Shown: one piece after another, positions 27,984 to 41,574 of the stretch
How the letters are laid out: every line of letters begins with the position of its first letter
Numbering within the stretch: the stretch's first letter is position 1
Source of the DNA: Rhina ancylostomus
Lineage: Eukaryota
Assembly (NCBI GenBank): GCA_030265395.1
Contig: JARFYF010000059.1
Span: forward strand, 13,611,837-13,675,836
Length of the DNA stretch: 64,000 nt
Direction of reading: 5' to 3'
Program-made: the position numbers and the translations under genes
The notes under the pieces: generated by a model
The model's input: the letters and a program-made list of their open reading frames with translations, nothing else
The model's database searches: none
Told to the model about the DNA's origin: nothing

Positions 27984-28202
27984 GTACTGAAGGAGTACTG
28001 CATTTGGTTCAAATGCCTTCTGACAGATGAAATATTAAACTGAGGCCCCACCTACCTGTTGAGGTAGGTGCAACAATTCAAAATAAAGAATTCTTTAGGT
28101 GTTCTCCCCAATATATCCTTCAATCAACACCACCAAAACAAGTAAACTTGTCTTCTGTTACTGGTGTTGGGGGTTCCTGTTGTGTCCAAACTGGCTGCCA
28201 TA
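27984..28202 (+). mobile_element. Deu-domain SINE core
   Basis: gtactgaaggagtactgca...cagatgaaatattaaactgaggcccc...ccaatatatccttcaatcaacaccaccaaaaca...aactggctgcc. Confidence 0.7.
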
Positions 28203-31200
28203 TGAGCCTAAAAGAATAAGATAGGGACAGCCAAACTTTAGAATGAAATTTTTAGGAAATCTGTTTCACATGGCAATATAAGAACAGGAGTATGCAATTA
28301 AGTACCAAAGCCTGTTCAATCATTCACTGAGATACGGCAGACCTGTGATTTAATTCCATTCACCCTGCTCATTCTAATCTAAATGAAACTTAAGATCCCC
28401 AGCCTTGCACTTGCCTTTCTCTTTACACAAGGCCACTTATTATTTTACAATGATTTCCTTGTTAACACTACATTAAATGAGCTAAATTCCCAATGTGAAA
28501 ATGTAGCTAACAGAGACACATTTTACGAGACAGTTTCTCACAGGAATACTAACAATGGAAAGACCACAGTAAATAAAACACAATTTATATTTAAACAGCA
28601 TTTACAATTGTCTTATGATTCAGATTCTGGAGAATAACATCCAGGAGTATGTTGCCTTTGCTATGAAACCATTTTCCATTACTTAGTGCGAGACTAAGAA
28701 TGCAAATTATAAAACCAATTTACAAGTCCAGTCACCTAACAAATAAATATACACAAGGTAAAGTCTTGCCAAACCATCTTGGTCATCTAACCTTTCTTAA
28801 AGTCAAAATATGCTTTCCCTACCAGCTACAAAGAAACCTGTCCTGTGACTTTACTGCCTAGTAAATTCAGGCATTTCTGAGCATTAGATGTTGGTCCAAT
28901 TTGTGTTCATCTGCTATACAAAGTGATATTTCAGCTTTAATGCACACTTCAAAAAAAAATTCAGACTTTAACTACAGCTTGATTTCTACAACTGCCAAAG
29001 AAAAACAACTGGTAGAATCACTTTTGCAAACATTTGGTCTATATACAGAAGGATAACAGTTGAAAAAAGTCACCATAATAAAACTAAACACAATAATTTA
29101 TTGCTTTAATAATAGCAGTGCTCCTTCAGTCATTATGTTATGAAGTATACCTAAGAAAGTAGATTCAAATTGAGTACTGAAGTTATTCCCTGCTGAAGGC
29201 AAATTCTTAGAATCCATATCCAGAGATAAAAATCAGTGAGTGTTTAGGAATGCAGAAGTTCAAGATTAGGCAGAGTGGATTTGTAAAAGTCATGTTATTT
29301 TTAACAAAAAATCATTTTTGAAGAAGTTCTCGGCTAGATAAATAACTCATGGATTTTTAGCAGGTATCGATAAGATTTCTTACAAGGGATCCATTACAAA
29401 AACTCTGGTGAATGGTATAAAAAAAAGCACTTCACTAAAAACTTCCATAGACAGAGAGCAAAAGGTTTTTGGATATTAGAAGTATCACTTAGAATTGTAG
29501 ATGGCTTGAAACACAATGCCAAAAGTTGCAAGTGACAAACAACAACTGCAGCTCAGGGAGAAAAGATAAATTAGTGAAAGACAAGTGACAAATACCAATT
29601 AACATATTTTGGACAAGAACTAGTAATGGAAATGCACACACGGCAGAAATTGAATGAATTTCCAAGTTCAAATACTCATTCCATGGAAAGTAGACAAAGC
29701 CAAATAATTGGCCACTATTCTTTTAAAAATGTAGACAGATAACATGAGTTTCACATTAATGATAAATTTGGAAAAAGGCAATGAATAGGCCATAGTTAAA
29801 AATCACTGAATCTTTAGGCAACCCATTACAGGAGATACCAAAGCCACTGAGATGAAAGAAAATTACTGCAGATGATGCAGATCTAAAAAAAACAGAAAAT
29901 GCTGGAAATACAGTAAATTAACTAACTGTTTCCCTTTTCATAAATGCTGCCTGAACTGCTAAGTATTTCTGCCATTTTCTGTTGATATTGAAGCCATTGA
30001 AAATATACAGTATATATTCAACAGAATAATGCGAAGTTATGGAAAATAGCAGTTATGAGTAGAGGAAATTTAAAATACTGGAACAACTTCCATTGGAACA
30101 AAGAATACAATAATAATTTAATAGCAGAATTTTGATAATATTTTTGCAGGATGGGAAGTCACTGACAAAAGCTCAATGTTAGTGACACTAATTTGTTTCC
30201 AATTCTAATGAGTGGTTTATAATATTCATTTGATAGAGAAATTACAATAATATGACACAGTTCCTTGAATAGCAAGAACATACAGATAAATGTAATAAAC
30301 ATTTGAAGCTACTTTAATTTAGGACATGATCTTATGGAGGTACTATAATAATTAATTTGAACAGAGAGATCCAACAAATTTAAAATCTTTATGTAACAGA
30401 TGCAAGTAGTTTCTGTTATCCATTTCTCCATAAACTCTTTTAATCCAAATTTAAACAGAAGAACAGCTGGGAATCTTTCATTACTGCTATTCACCACAGA
30501 CATCACTCAACAATGACTCAGAATGTAACCAAAAGGCAAAAAGTTCAGAATACATATATAACAAAAACAGCAGAAATAAATTAATACGGCAAATATTGGC
30601 ATTTGAAGTATGGTTAGTAAGTTTGCAGCTGGCATCAAAATCTGTGAAATGTACTTTGTAATTGCCATACAATTGCAATGATCATTGATCTAACACAGTG
30701 GCTTAGGTGTTGGTGGGACAAACACAGTATAAACATATTAGAGAGACCAAAACTGAAATTGATTGAAAAGGAGTCTTTAGTTATGATGTCATAAAGAGTG
30801 TGAGTAACTTTAAATGACCTTTCCTTCCTGTCAATTTCCCATGATTGTGAGTTTTACTAAAGTTTCAGTGTCACAAATTAGTAATTGTACTGTTGTCTAT
30901 TTCTACTCCTCCCATATACCCAACTCTCAACACCACCAATTTCAGATTCAATGAGGGATTGTTCTTTTAAATGTTATCAGCCCCAATTTTTACTTGTTTT
31001 CTCAGGTCCAAGCAATTTCCAGTTTTGTAATTTAAAGCATATATCACACAACAAGTTTGCTTGTTACATCTCCATTTCTGTTTAAAGTTTGGCAGTTATC
31101 CAAGTAAACAACTTTAACTGGTATCTGTTTGTACCTCAACTGCAATACCTAGAGCATTCTCTTATATTGAATGTTATTTTGACCCAAAAAATCATAAGTA

Positions 31201-31599
31201 ATGAGTTACAGTGTCACATCTTAATACTGCAATAAATAATGTAGTCTGAGCACATTCTAATCATAATGGCAAGCTATAACAGTAACAGACTATCTCACAG
31301 TACAAAATTAACAAAATTTTTCCCTCACTACATATGGATGAGAATATTTGCTGAACAATAAGAAAGTAAGTAGTAAGCAGGCTAAATCAATTAAGCACGC
31401 TTAAGATTTCTAAAGTGGTTTTCATATTTGCCTATGTATAATTCATTTTAAATGAACTCAAATATTTTGATGTTAAACCCATGATGCTGTTAATTCATAT
31501 AATAGGCCTTTACCAATAGAATTCCATTTTTACCACTATGCCACAAAATAAAGACTCTAGAATCAACCAATATCCCAGCAGTATTGAAGGCTTAGACAC

Positions 31600-32620
31600 T
31601 AATCTAGACGTAGCTCTAACTGTTCCAGGCACCTACCTGACAATACAGAAAATTTCCCAGGTAATGGGAAATAGGGTTGCCCCGTCCTCAAAAGACACAA
31701 CAAACCCAATTTGAATAAGCACAGCCACAGCATTCTACTCTCACTCAAACAGGTGGAAAAATGTCTTTGACAATGGTTATTTACCAATAACCTGCTCACT
31801 CATGTTCAGATTGAATTCCACCACAACCATTTGGCTCCAAACTTCATTATAGTGTTGGGCTACATATGCACAAGAGGTGAATTCTAGAGACAAGGTAATG
31901 ACTGCCCTTAATGCCACAGCAATTTTTGACTAAATGTGATGTTGAGAAGCCATAGTAAAATAAAAACTATGAGAATCAAGGAGGAAAGCCACCACTAGCT
32001 GAAGTCGATATTAATGTACATAGCTAATATTTAAGTCAAACCTAAGGAAGCTTGTTTTGTTTAATGGCTGTATGATCTCAGTGCCAGGAGAAGTATTTCA
32101 GAGCAGTTTCCTTAGGCTCAACCATCTTTAACAGATTCATCAATGACTTTTTCTCTACCATGAGGTTAGAAATGAAAATGTTTTCAGATAATTGCAAAAT
32201 ATTCAACATTCACAGCTTATCTGATACTGAAGCACTCTGCATACAACCAGTCCTGGACATCAGTCAGGCAAAGACTGATGTGGCAAGTCACCAGGCACAT
32301 AAGGCATTGACCATCACGAAAAGCAAAAGTGGGTCTAAAAACCATATTTACTTATTTAATTTTGATATTTACTTAATCTCCTGTTGTTAATATCCTTGGG
32401 GTTTGGAGGGAAGGAAAGCGCCAGTGAAGCTGAACTGGATAAAACACTCGTACACAATGGCTACAAGAGCGGATTAGCAGGGCATCCCCTATAACTAGCA
32501 ACTCATCTTCTGGCTTCAAAATGCCTATCCATTATATAAAAGGTACATCTAGAATGGAATACTCGCCATATGTCAGGATGCATGCAACACTCAAAAAAAC
32601 TTGATACAACCCAAGTCAGT
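31600..32620 (+). mobile_element. Highly decayed LINE of the same family as 5300-6549
   Basis: Collinear motifs gagcagtttccttaggctcaaccatc, ttcatcaatgac, ttttcagataattgc. Confidence 0.65.
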
Positions 32621-33169
32621 AGGAATGCCTTCATGAAAATAAATTATAAAAATTGATTTTCTATACTTGTTGAACTTCCCTCAACTTGTTCTAACAACTC
32701 TGAATTAACCCCTTTCCAGGTATAACCACATGCTGCTTGGTTTTTAATACTTCTACAAAGTGAGCCATTCTTTAGATACTTTTAACAATGAATGACAGAC
32801 CATTTATATTATCATGAAGATTATCACAGCCGTCCAAATGTCTGTGCTATTATTTGCGTACACTTGCCACAGAGGCAATGGGAAATTAATATATTATGAC
32901 AACAAAAACCAGCTAATTAAACCAAAAATCAAACGTNNNNNNNNNNATTGATGCATCATGTTAACTAACTTGGAGTGGAGGAGCCAGAGAATGCATTGTG
33001 CTGAACTAATTTTTAAAAATATGCATTTTACTGAATCAAAACCAGTAAACCATTCCAATTCCTAAATAATTAAACTGTTCACACTTTAAAGTGGAGATCA
33101 AATCCATGTCATTAAAGAGCTCAAATCTATTTACTACTTATTGCTGTACTGGATATCAATTTGCAAAAC

Positions 33170-33365
33170 ATTTCCATTCAATCTGCAAATGAGACCGAGC
33201 TTCCAGCTGCATGCCACATTAATTACCTAATCCAGTTTGACCTCTGTCTTTAGCCCCTTACAATGTTTTAGCAAAGCTCAATGCAAACTCAAGGAATAAC
33301 CCCTCATCTTCTGACAGGTACATTAAAGCATTCTGGATGAAACAATGTCTTCAGCAATTTCATAT
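33170..33365 (+). mobile_element. Penelope-like element, GIY-YIG C-terminal remnant
   Basis: aaagctcaatgcaaactcaaggaataacccctcatcttctgacagg resembles the AQRKLEEQHLIFRLG motif. Confidence 0.5.
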
Positions 33366-33510
33366 AGCCCACAATTCCAGCCTTTACAGCTTCACAATCC
33401 TAGCACTCTTTAATTGTTTTTTCACCCTTCTCTTTACTGCTGGTAATTTCACATATATAATCATCATCTCCTATTTATACCTCCTGTTACATTCTGTGAT
33501 TCATTACACT

Positions 33511-34279
33511 GGTACCTCAGTTAGACCTCAGATTGCATTCCCGGGAACAAGAATGCTAGTGGAATCAGCAATATAAAAGGTGTCATTACAGCATTATATA
33601 GAGAGAGATGCAATATGTCCTGTGCTGCTATACAGTAAACCTGGCATGAACTCCTGCCCTTCTTGTTGCTATGCACTGTTGTGCTGGAGTCCTCACACAA
33701 AATAAGTCACATCACTGATTTATGTGGAGGCTGCCTGTGATGGCTGGTGTTGGGCAGACCAGGGTGAGCAATGTGGTCACTCAGCACTGAGACGTGGGAC
33801 TTAGAGTTGCATTCTGGCTGGCACCTACAACCATTGCTTAGTAATTGACAGCACCTGTTTCATGTGCTGGCTCTCTCATCACCTTCGAACCTGTTGGAAA
33901 CTGCTACATCCCCTCACTGGGCTAGGGAGATCTGTGCAGGCAAACAAAAGGAGGCAGCTTCCATTACATGCTACAGGCAGCAATGAAGGAAACCGTATAA
34001 TCTGCGTAGTCTGTGAACACATGGAGCAAGTGCTGCCAGTCCCCAGCAATGACTTGTATTCATTGTGCCAGTCAAGGTGCAGCCATGAACCTAACATCTC
34101 CACACTTGGCAGCTGCACCATTCATCAAGCCCACCCAAAATCAGACTTCCCTGGCAGCCTCTCCACAATGAGGATTTCATTGCTGGATATGTACCAAGGG
34201 AGGGCAGAGATTCACACCAGATTCCCAGCATAGCAAAGTGCAATCTGAGCAAATGCATTTTTTTTTAAAAAGAGGTACC
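33511..34279. mobile_element. Putative non-autonomous DNA transposon (MITE-like) with imperfect terminal inverted repeats
   Basis: Nested inverted pairs ggtacctc/gaggtacc, ctcagattgca/tgcaatctgag and atgctagtggaatc/gattcccagcat around a GC-richer interior. Confidence 0.55.
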
Positions 34280-34744
34280 TGTGAGTGTTCATACTGGAGG
34301 ACCAAGACCACCACAATGAATTAGTGCTTTAAAAGCTCTCAGTGGGATACTAATGTAATGCCTTTGTTACTCACTTTCAATTGGTTTCATCGCCAATCAT
34401 TTAATCGCTCTGCATCCACCCTGTCACAGATATTCCTTTATGTTCTTCCTTCTACACCCAACATTTTTGCAACTTAAAATACTTTTTCCCAGCTTTAATG
34501 ATAGGCTATTGACCTAATACACTAACTGTGTTTCTCTCTCCATGGTCGCTGCCTAACCTACTGAACATTTTGTGTTCTATTTTTGTACTGGTGAACATCC
34601 ATGATTTATTTAACTGGCAGCACAACTGCTCCTAGATTAGTTAATTTGAAAACAGAAACAGTATTCCCATTACATCTATATAAGCAATGGTGGAAAGAAA
34701 ATAAAGCCCACAACCAAATTCTCTAGAAATTCTTCAGTCTGAGT

Positions 34745-35068
34745 ATCATAGAGTCATATGGCCTACCAAGTCCACACCTAACATCAAGTACCCATTTACA
34801 CTAAACCCATTTTATTCACCCCACATTCCTATCAACCTCCCCCCGATTGTACCATTCACCTATATGCTGGGTCAATTTACAGTAGCCAATTAACCCAAGA
34901 ACCTACATGCCTTTTGGGATATGGAGGAAACCGGAACACCCACAAGAAATCCACGTGGTCACTGGGAGAAAGTGAAAACTCCACACAGACAGCAGCAGAG
35001 GTCAGAATTAAAGCTGGGTCAATGGAACTGTGAAACAGTAGCTCTACTAGCTTTACCACCGTGCTGTT
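34745..35068 (-). mobile_element. HE1-type V-SINE (tRNA-derived)
   Basis: Minus strand reads gcacggtggtaaagctagtagagct...ctgtctgtgtggagtttt...ccggtttcctccatatcccaaaa...gggttaattggctactgtaaattg. Confidence 0.85.
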
Positions 35069-38000
35069 TTGCAAGCACCTTCACAACGTGCCAAAATCCA
35101 ACTGAATAACTTGCAAACAACAAATTCTACTTCACCTTAATGCTTGAAGATAAACTCCACATACTGACAATACTGATTCAACTTGAAAATGCACAAGCAT
35201 TAGAAATGGGTTTGCTTTTAGATATTAATACGGTATTCAAAAAAATTGAGACCACTATTCATCTAGGTTCATATAAACCATCCATCAAAGGAAAGGTTGG
35301 GAAAATTGGAATTCCCATTGTGTTTTGCCTTTTGAAATTGAAAACAGTGGATGTTCCAAAAAGACCAACAGTATACCACAGTTTAAGGATACACAGCATA
35401 GCTCAGGAACTTGACTCCATTTATTTAAAGGGGAACTTTAAAGGGAGACAAGACCTCGTTGATGTATTTTATGACACAAAAATCTTCTCTTTGGACAATT
35501 TCTTTGTAACCCAATAAAAAGCCACTCTAGATCATGCCAGTTTTTTTTCCATTAAACAATTAAATGTTGAGAGCTATTAGCAAAAGAAAGGGGAATAACT
35601 TGATATAAGGGGATGGGATGTGCTTGAAAGCTATTGCAAATTATTTTGTCACCATAGCAAAAGCATGGTGTCAGATTTTTATGCAATACACGATGAAAAT
35701 ATGAGGTAGAAATACTACAAGTTTTACTTAAATTAACAAAGTTACTATTTAATTAATTCAGAAATGTAGCCACATGATGGCCTGGTGGTCATCATTCAGG
35801 CTAATATATTCAATTCAACCAGGGTAATGGATCTCAAGATTTTCTCTGCAGCTTAATATATAACTTAAACACATCCCAAAGAAAAGGTAAGAAAATTGAT
35901 GGAAAGTTATTTCTAGTCTATTCACTCAACTTTTCACAGCTGATTATACAATAGCAGAAACATCTTGTGAGCAAGCCATTCCCTAATCCCTAACAAAGGC
36001 ACATGTCATTAAGTGAACAGGAACAGCATTTTTCTTGGCAAGAATACAAGCTAATATCAAGCAACTTAAAGAACTTTGTCCCTCTTATATTATCAGAGAT
36101 GTTTACATTGACTCTGCAACTTCACAAATAAATGACTGATCTGTACATTTCTGGTAAGCAGTTCCTCAGTTAAACCCACAACTCATACACCTTAAAGAAC
36201 TTTCTTAAAGTTCAGCTTTGCAGATGCTTTGGTCAGCAGCAGCGTCTCCTCAAGGTTATAAATGGGGTTGTTAACCATTTCTGTTCCCACAAATGCTGCC
36301 TGACCTACCAAGTATTCCTAGTAATGTGTTCCAGGATCTGCAGCATTTTGCTTTTTGACTAATAACTCTTCCTTTGGCTCAGCATTCATAAATGCCATTA
36401 TATTTTTCTCCCCAATAAGCATTATTTAAAAACATGCCTTAAATCAAGTTTTAACAAACTCTGACAGACGATTATTATTTTTTAATCGTCATTTAAATTT
36501 GCAAAAATCATTTATTTAAATGACTATTTACACTGCAAAGCTAAAATCAAAATACTCCCAATCGTGTGCAATGTCATAGCATTTTGGTGTGCCTGTACTC
36601 CTTATTTGGTTAATCTGATAGGCTATCTTAAAATTACAAGTAAAAAGAACACAGTGTGGCTTTAGTTACTGTAAACGTAAATTAATTATGCTGACGATTC
36701 AATGCTATTTTTTTCTGCTGTGTATCTCCAGTTTTGCGTTTTGAGGATTAGCCAGGGTAAGAGCAATTCGCTGCAACATTTCCATTGCTCATCTACACAT
36801 AAATCAAGAGCAATAAGGTACACAGGGCTATCCCTAAATGGAATACATCCAGAGTACTTAATAGTAAATTCACACATTGTTTATTTAACAATAAAAATAA
36901 GTTGAGCCACAAATTTAACCGATATCATAAATAATTTAACAGTGTTGTTTCATTGGCAATAGGTATTGGCTCTAATATTATTTCATTATTCCAAATTCCA
37001 ATCATTAGTTAATAAAGGATTTGTTGGATATTTTCAGTGCAAAAATTCAGTAACTGAGACAATCTAACAACCTAAAACAACATAATTTATGCAAGACTAG
37101 CATTTCACAGTTGGGGTGACTGAGAGGGGTGGTAGCAGGGCTTTAAGTTGATGTGGTGGTGGTTGACGTTAAAGATTTTGAATCCTGAATCTCTGGTGAA
37201 CTTGTTTAGGAAAGGAGTTGATTAAACAGTTATCCAATAAATGTGACACAGCACAACCAAATATAACTCTAGGACTGGTGGCAGCTGTCAATGTCCTTTC
37301 CTACAAAATCCATATGTTATGCATCACAGTTTATTCTCAGAGCTCTGATTATCTGTTAGAATCATGCAAAAGTGTGATTTTACACAATAGAGGAACATGA
37401 TTTAGTTTCATATTTAAAAAGAATCAGGGCTATTAACTTTCATTTATCTTGTATCTATATAAAGGAACAACAGACTGATTTCAACACAACCACAAAATTC
37501 CGATTCATTCAGATTAAAGTGCATTTGCATACAACATATCAATGTATTTACTGACCTACATAAAGCATCAAAACACATATTCAATATATCATCATAAGGG
37601 TGTATTTCCTAAAAGCACTTGAAAAGCAGTGATAGATAGTAAAGATAGGTCTGAAACACCAGGTTTTCACAAAACATATGGTCTACCTCACAACCAAAGG
37701 CTACTGGGACATTTATTCAGAAGCAATCCATTTGCCCAGGTTGATGTATTTCACTCATAGTTGCTGTCCTTTCCTACAATTAGATGGGTGCACACTTATG
37801 AAGATGCTATATCCCACAAATGTTCCATGCATACAAAAAGAAATTCAGGAAGTAATAGAAGGTGCACAATTTAATATTTATAAGAATCCATCAGGAAAGA
37901 AAGTGTCAGAGGATTGCAGACAGATAATACTCTGCTATACTCAAATGGGAAAATGGAATCAGAAACTCAAAAGTAGTGAGCTTAATGAAGATAATGACTT

Positions 38001-38959
38001 AGACTTTGTGGTTATTATGGCATCACAACTACCAGCATACATTTAACAATTCTTTACAACCAACAGGAACTTTAAAATTTTCACATATGTACAATTTAAT
38101 GTAAAAATCCCAAAGTTGCTGCCAGTAATCCAGTGCTTTCATATTTGCAGTTTTCAGCCTGCTCCAGCACAATGAAGAACAATTGCTTGAAATAATATAA
38201 ATTTAGGTTTTTTGCAAACTAGCCTATACTCAGTCACATGAGATCATAGTGAATTATGACTAAACAATAATTATAACAAACATGTGCATTGTAATTTCCT
38301 TATATGATAACCATCTCAAAATATGGGATTTTAAAATGTTTCTGAAGTTTGTGATATTTCAACTTTAATTGTATTGAATGTGACAATCTTCTGTTTAGCA
38401 CTTCACTACATTAACTAAAGGCTACTTCCCAGTATTCTGACTCCAAATTTCTTAAATGAGATTGGCTGTTCAGTCAACCCAATGATATCAAAGCTGCTGG
38501 ACACAAGGAATTTACTTGGAACTTTTATTTGACAGCAGCAGGCATTAGAAAAGGAGGAGTTCACACCACAGAAGTCAGTAGGTATTTTTTGAGGCACTTT
38601 ATTCTCATTGGTGGGAACCACCATCAGTTCTTTGCTGACCTTAAGTTCTGGGTCAATGGAAATCTTACTCAATGATGTGGCAGAAAAACCATCTAAAGAA
38701 CAATTTAGCACCAATTTCAAAAGGATAGGTCATGCTTGACTATTCTTGGTAGAAGTAATAGACAACAGATAAAGGTCCTAAAGTAGGTATAATATATGTA
38801 ATAAAATATTCTGAAAGTCTGAAGCATATTAGAATAATAACTAAGGTAACACACCTGGGGTTAAGGGCCGAGGAGAAGAATTCATAATAAGCTGGCAATA
38901 AAACAGAAAACTTACGAGTTAAAAAATTTTTATTCAGATTAGTGGGAAGTGGAAAAATG

Positions 38960-39620
38960 GTGTGCCACAGCAAATGGCATTGGAGTCACCACTGTTAACC
39001 ACTTTGATAAACAATTTAGACTTGGAAATCAGAAATACTCTAATAATTGCAATAGACATCAATGCTGTTTGCTACAAAGTAAACTTGTAGAACTGAAGTG
39101 TAAATGGAAAATGAATTTCAAAATAGGTAAGTGTAAGTAAGATTTGTGCAATATGGCATGAGGAATATGAAAGCTGCATACTTCTTGCAATCAAACCAAT
39201 GCAAGAAACAGAAATTAAAAAGTACCACAGTTATATTAAACTTGCGTAGAACCTTGGATAGGTCTCATATGAAGTACTGTGCATAGTTCTGAATTATCAA
39301 AAGGCATTGCAGAAGTGCAACAAAAATTTACATGGATAATACTGAACAAGGTGGAACTCTTCTTGTAAAAACATTTCAGAAGTCTTGAAAAATATGAAGG
39401 GATTTAGTAGAGCAGATGTAAACTATATATTGCTGCTTAAGAGATATCTAAAATTAAGAAACATAACTAAACAGCTAGTAATAAAACCGTGAAGTAATAA
39501 AAGTGAATAGAAAGGAAGCTGTACAGCCAAGGATGAGAGAGAAATGAAGGGTATGCTGAAAAGACTAGGCAAAGTAGGACTGGGGTTGGCTTATGTATAA
39601 CACACAAATCAGCACTGACC
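38960..39620 (+). mobile_element. Highly decayed CR1 fragment
   Basis: KWKMNFKIGKCK and accttggataggtctcatatgaagtactgtgcatagttctg. Confidence 0.6.
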
Positions 39621-41103
39621 ATTTTGAAAAATATTTACAAACATATTGGAAAAATTACATTGAGGTGCAACTTTTTCTACTAATCTTGATTCCCCATTAC
39701 CCTACTGTCACTGCACCCAACCCATAGTTTTAACTTATTCCTTTAAAAACATTGGAGTTGTGATCTAATAGCTATGTAAATTGAACTATGCAGTACTAAA
39801 AATGCAAATTACAAACCTTTAGTATGTTTATGGTATGAGGGGGAGCTTTCTAAGTGGGCTTATTAACTAACAATTCCTCTATGGCAATGCTTCAAGCCGA
39901 GAGAGCCCATGCACCACACCATTTTGCCACTTCAGGCAGTAGAATGCAGCAAGTAAAACAATATTAAAAATAATTTAAACAATAATCTAGTTAAAATGAA
40001 AAGTAGAAAATGTAAACCTTTCACTATATACACGTAGGATTTGATGCATCCATGATGCTATATAGTTATTAGGGATTAGGCACAATGCTTCAAGCTTCTT
40101 CCAAATGTTACATACACAATGTCATAAAACATAACGAAAATACAGAACTGATTATAATGGAATAATATATTTGAAGTTATAATTTCTCACTGAAATTTTT
40201 ATTAAAAACTGACATAACATCTTGATTTTTCTGCTCCCAGTAGTTCTCATAAAACAGGTGATTGTAAAATATGTGAATCACCAATTTGTGCTATGTATGC
40301 ATGGAGGACCAAGTAGGGGAAAAATAGACTTCATTGCTTCTGTACATGTATAAGAATTTAATATTGCTATCCTGCCACTAATTTTAAATTCAGATAAAGT
40401 CCAAAAGAGAAAGGCTTTTGATATTATAAACATATGATGTGCAACAGCAGAAATTAGTACACTGAAAAACTGAAATGCATATTTTTCTAATTAGAAAGTA
40501 TCTGAATAGACTAACCAGATACAACTATCTTAATGCAACGATCAACCTAAGCAGAGTCACTGTGGCGAGAATCCACATTCAAATGTGTAAGCACTGTTAC
40601 CAAACTGTCACATGGGGTAAAAGATCATACTCAAACTTACAGAATTATCTTATCTCAAATTGCTACTGCTATCAGCATCATCAATTTAACCACGTGTTCT
40701 ACACATAATGATATTTCCAGGTTTAACCTTTTGTCAAGGTAACTATGCTCCGTAATTGAAATGGCATGTAAGTTATACATCCTTACCACTGCACATTCAT
40801 TGAAATCCTAGTGACAACAGCAAGTTACTTTGTATCATGGTGGCACAGCATAAGCTTTGTCAAAGGTGAGTTTGTGCTAAAAATACATTCCTTTCTTTTA
40901 TATAACTTCTTGACAACTCTCCATAATAAAACATGTGGTACTATAAATAAAATTAACTAGCTGAGTTTTTAAAATATTGAATTACCAACTTGTACACTTC
41001 ACCTTTCCTGATGAATAGTAAAAACGACCAAATGATCCCCTTTATTCTGACGTCAAATGGGATACGTTGATGGAAACTTTGTGGTATGCTCCTCTCCACC
41101 TAC

Positions 41104-41574
41104 CTGTCACTGCTGGTACTACTGCTGCTGCTGACTGAATCACTGCTTGATGACCTACTCCGGGACCCACTGCCACTGGGAGATCGTCGTGACCGTCCTT
41201 GGCTAGGTCGTTGTGGGGACTGGTTTCCTGACCGTGAGGAATGTGGGGATCGACTTCTGCTGTGCTGATAATTCTTTTCTTGCCGCCTCCCTCTTACTTC
41301 CCGAGTAATATCTTCCCTGTAGAGATCTCGGTGTACTACACTTGAAATTGCAAACTGTTCCCTCCCTCTTTGTTCATAACGTGGATCATGAGCTTCAAAT
41401 CGAGTAGGACTTCGACTTCTTGAACCTTAATAAACTACATGTTGTATAGTTCGATACCGAGGATCTCTATAGTAATCCTGTTCATAATGTCTGGGACGAT
41501 CAAACCCTGTTGTTGTACGATCGTGGTGTCCATAGGCACTATGATCATAAGTACGCTCCCTGTTATCAGAAGCC
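41104..41574 (-). CDS. SPEN: SPEN coding exon 3 (471 nt; ASDNRERTYDHSAYGHH...SRSRSP...SSSSTSSD, Arg/Ser-rich linker); in-frame TAA at 41427-41429 in this assembly
   Basis: Manual translation is SPEN-like on both sides of the stop. Acceptor ccttttccaaacaaaacag, donor AG|GTAGGT, length divisible by 3, phase 2-2. Confidence 0.93.

Noticed and set aside
35140-35517. 125-aa + strand ORF (also 37678..38046, 50492..51004, 53355..53759)
   Set aside because: No recognisable homology or supporting exon structure; antisense within SPEN introns and partly repeat-derived.
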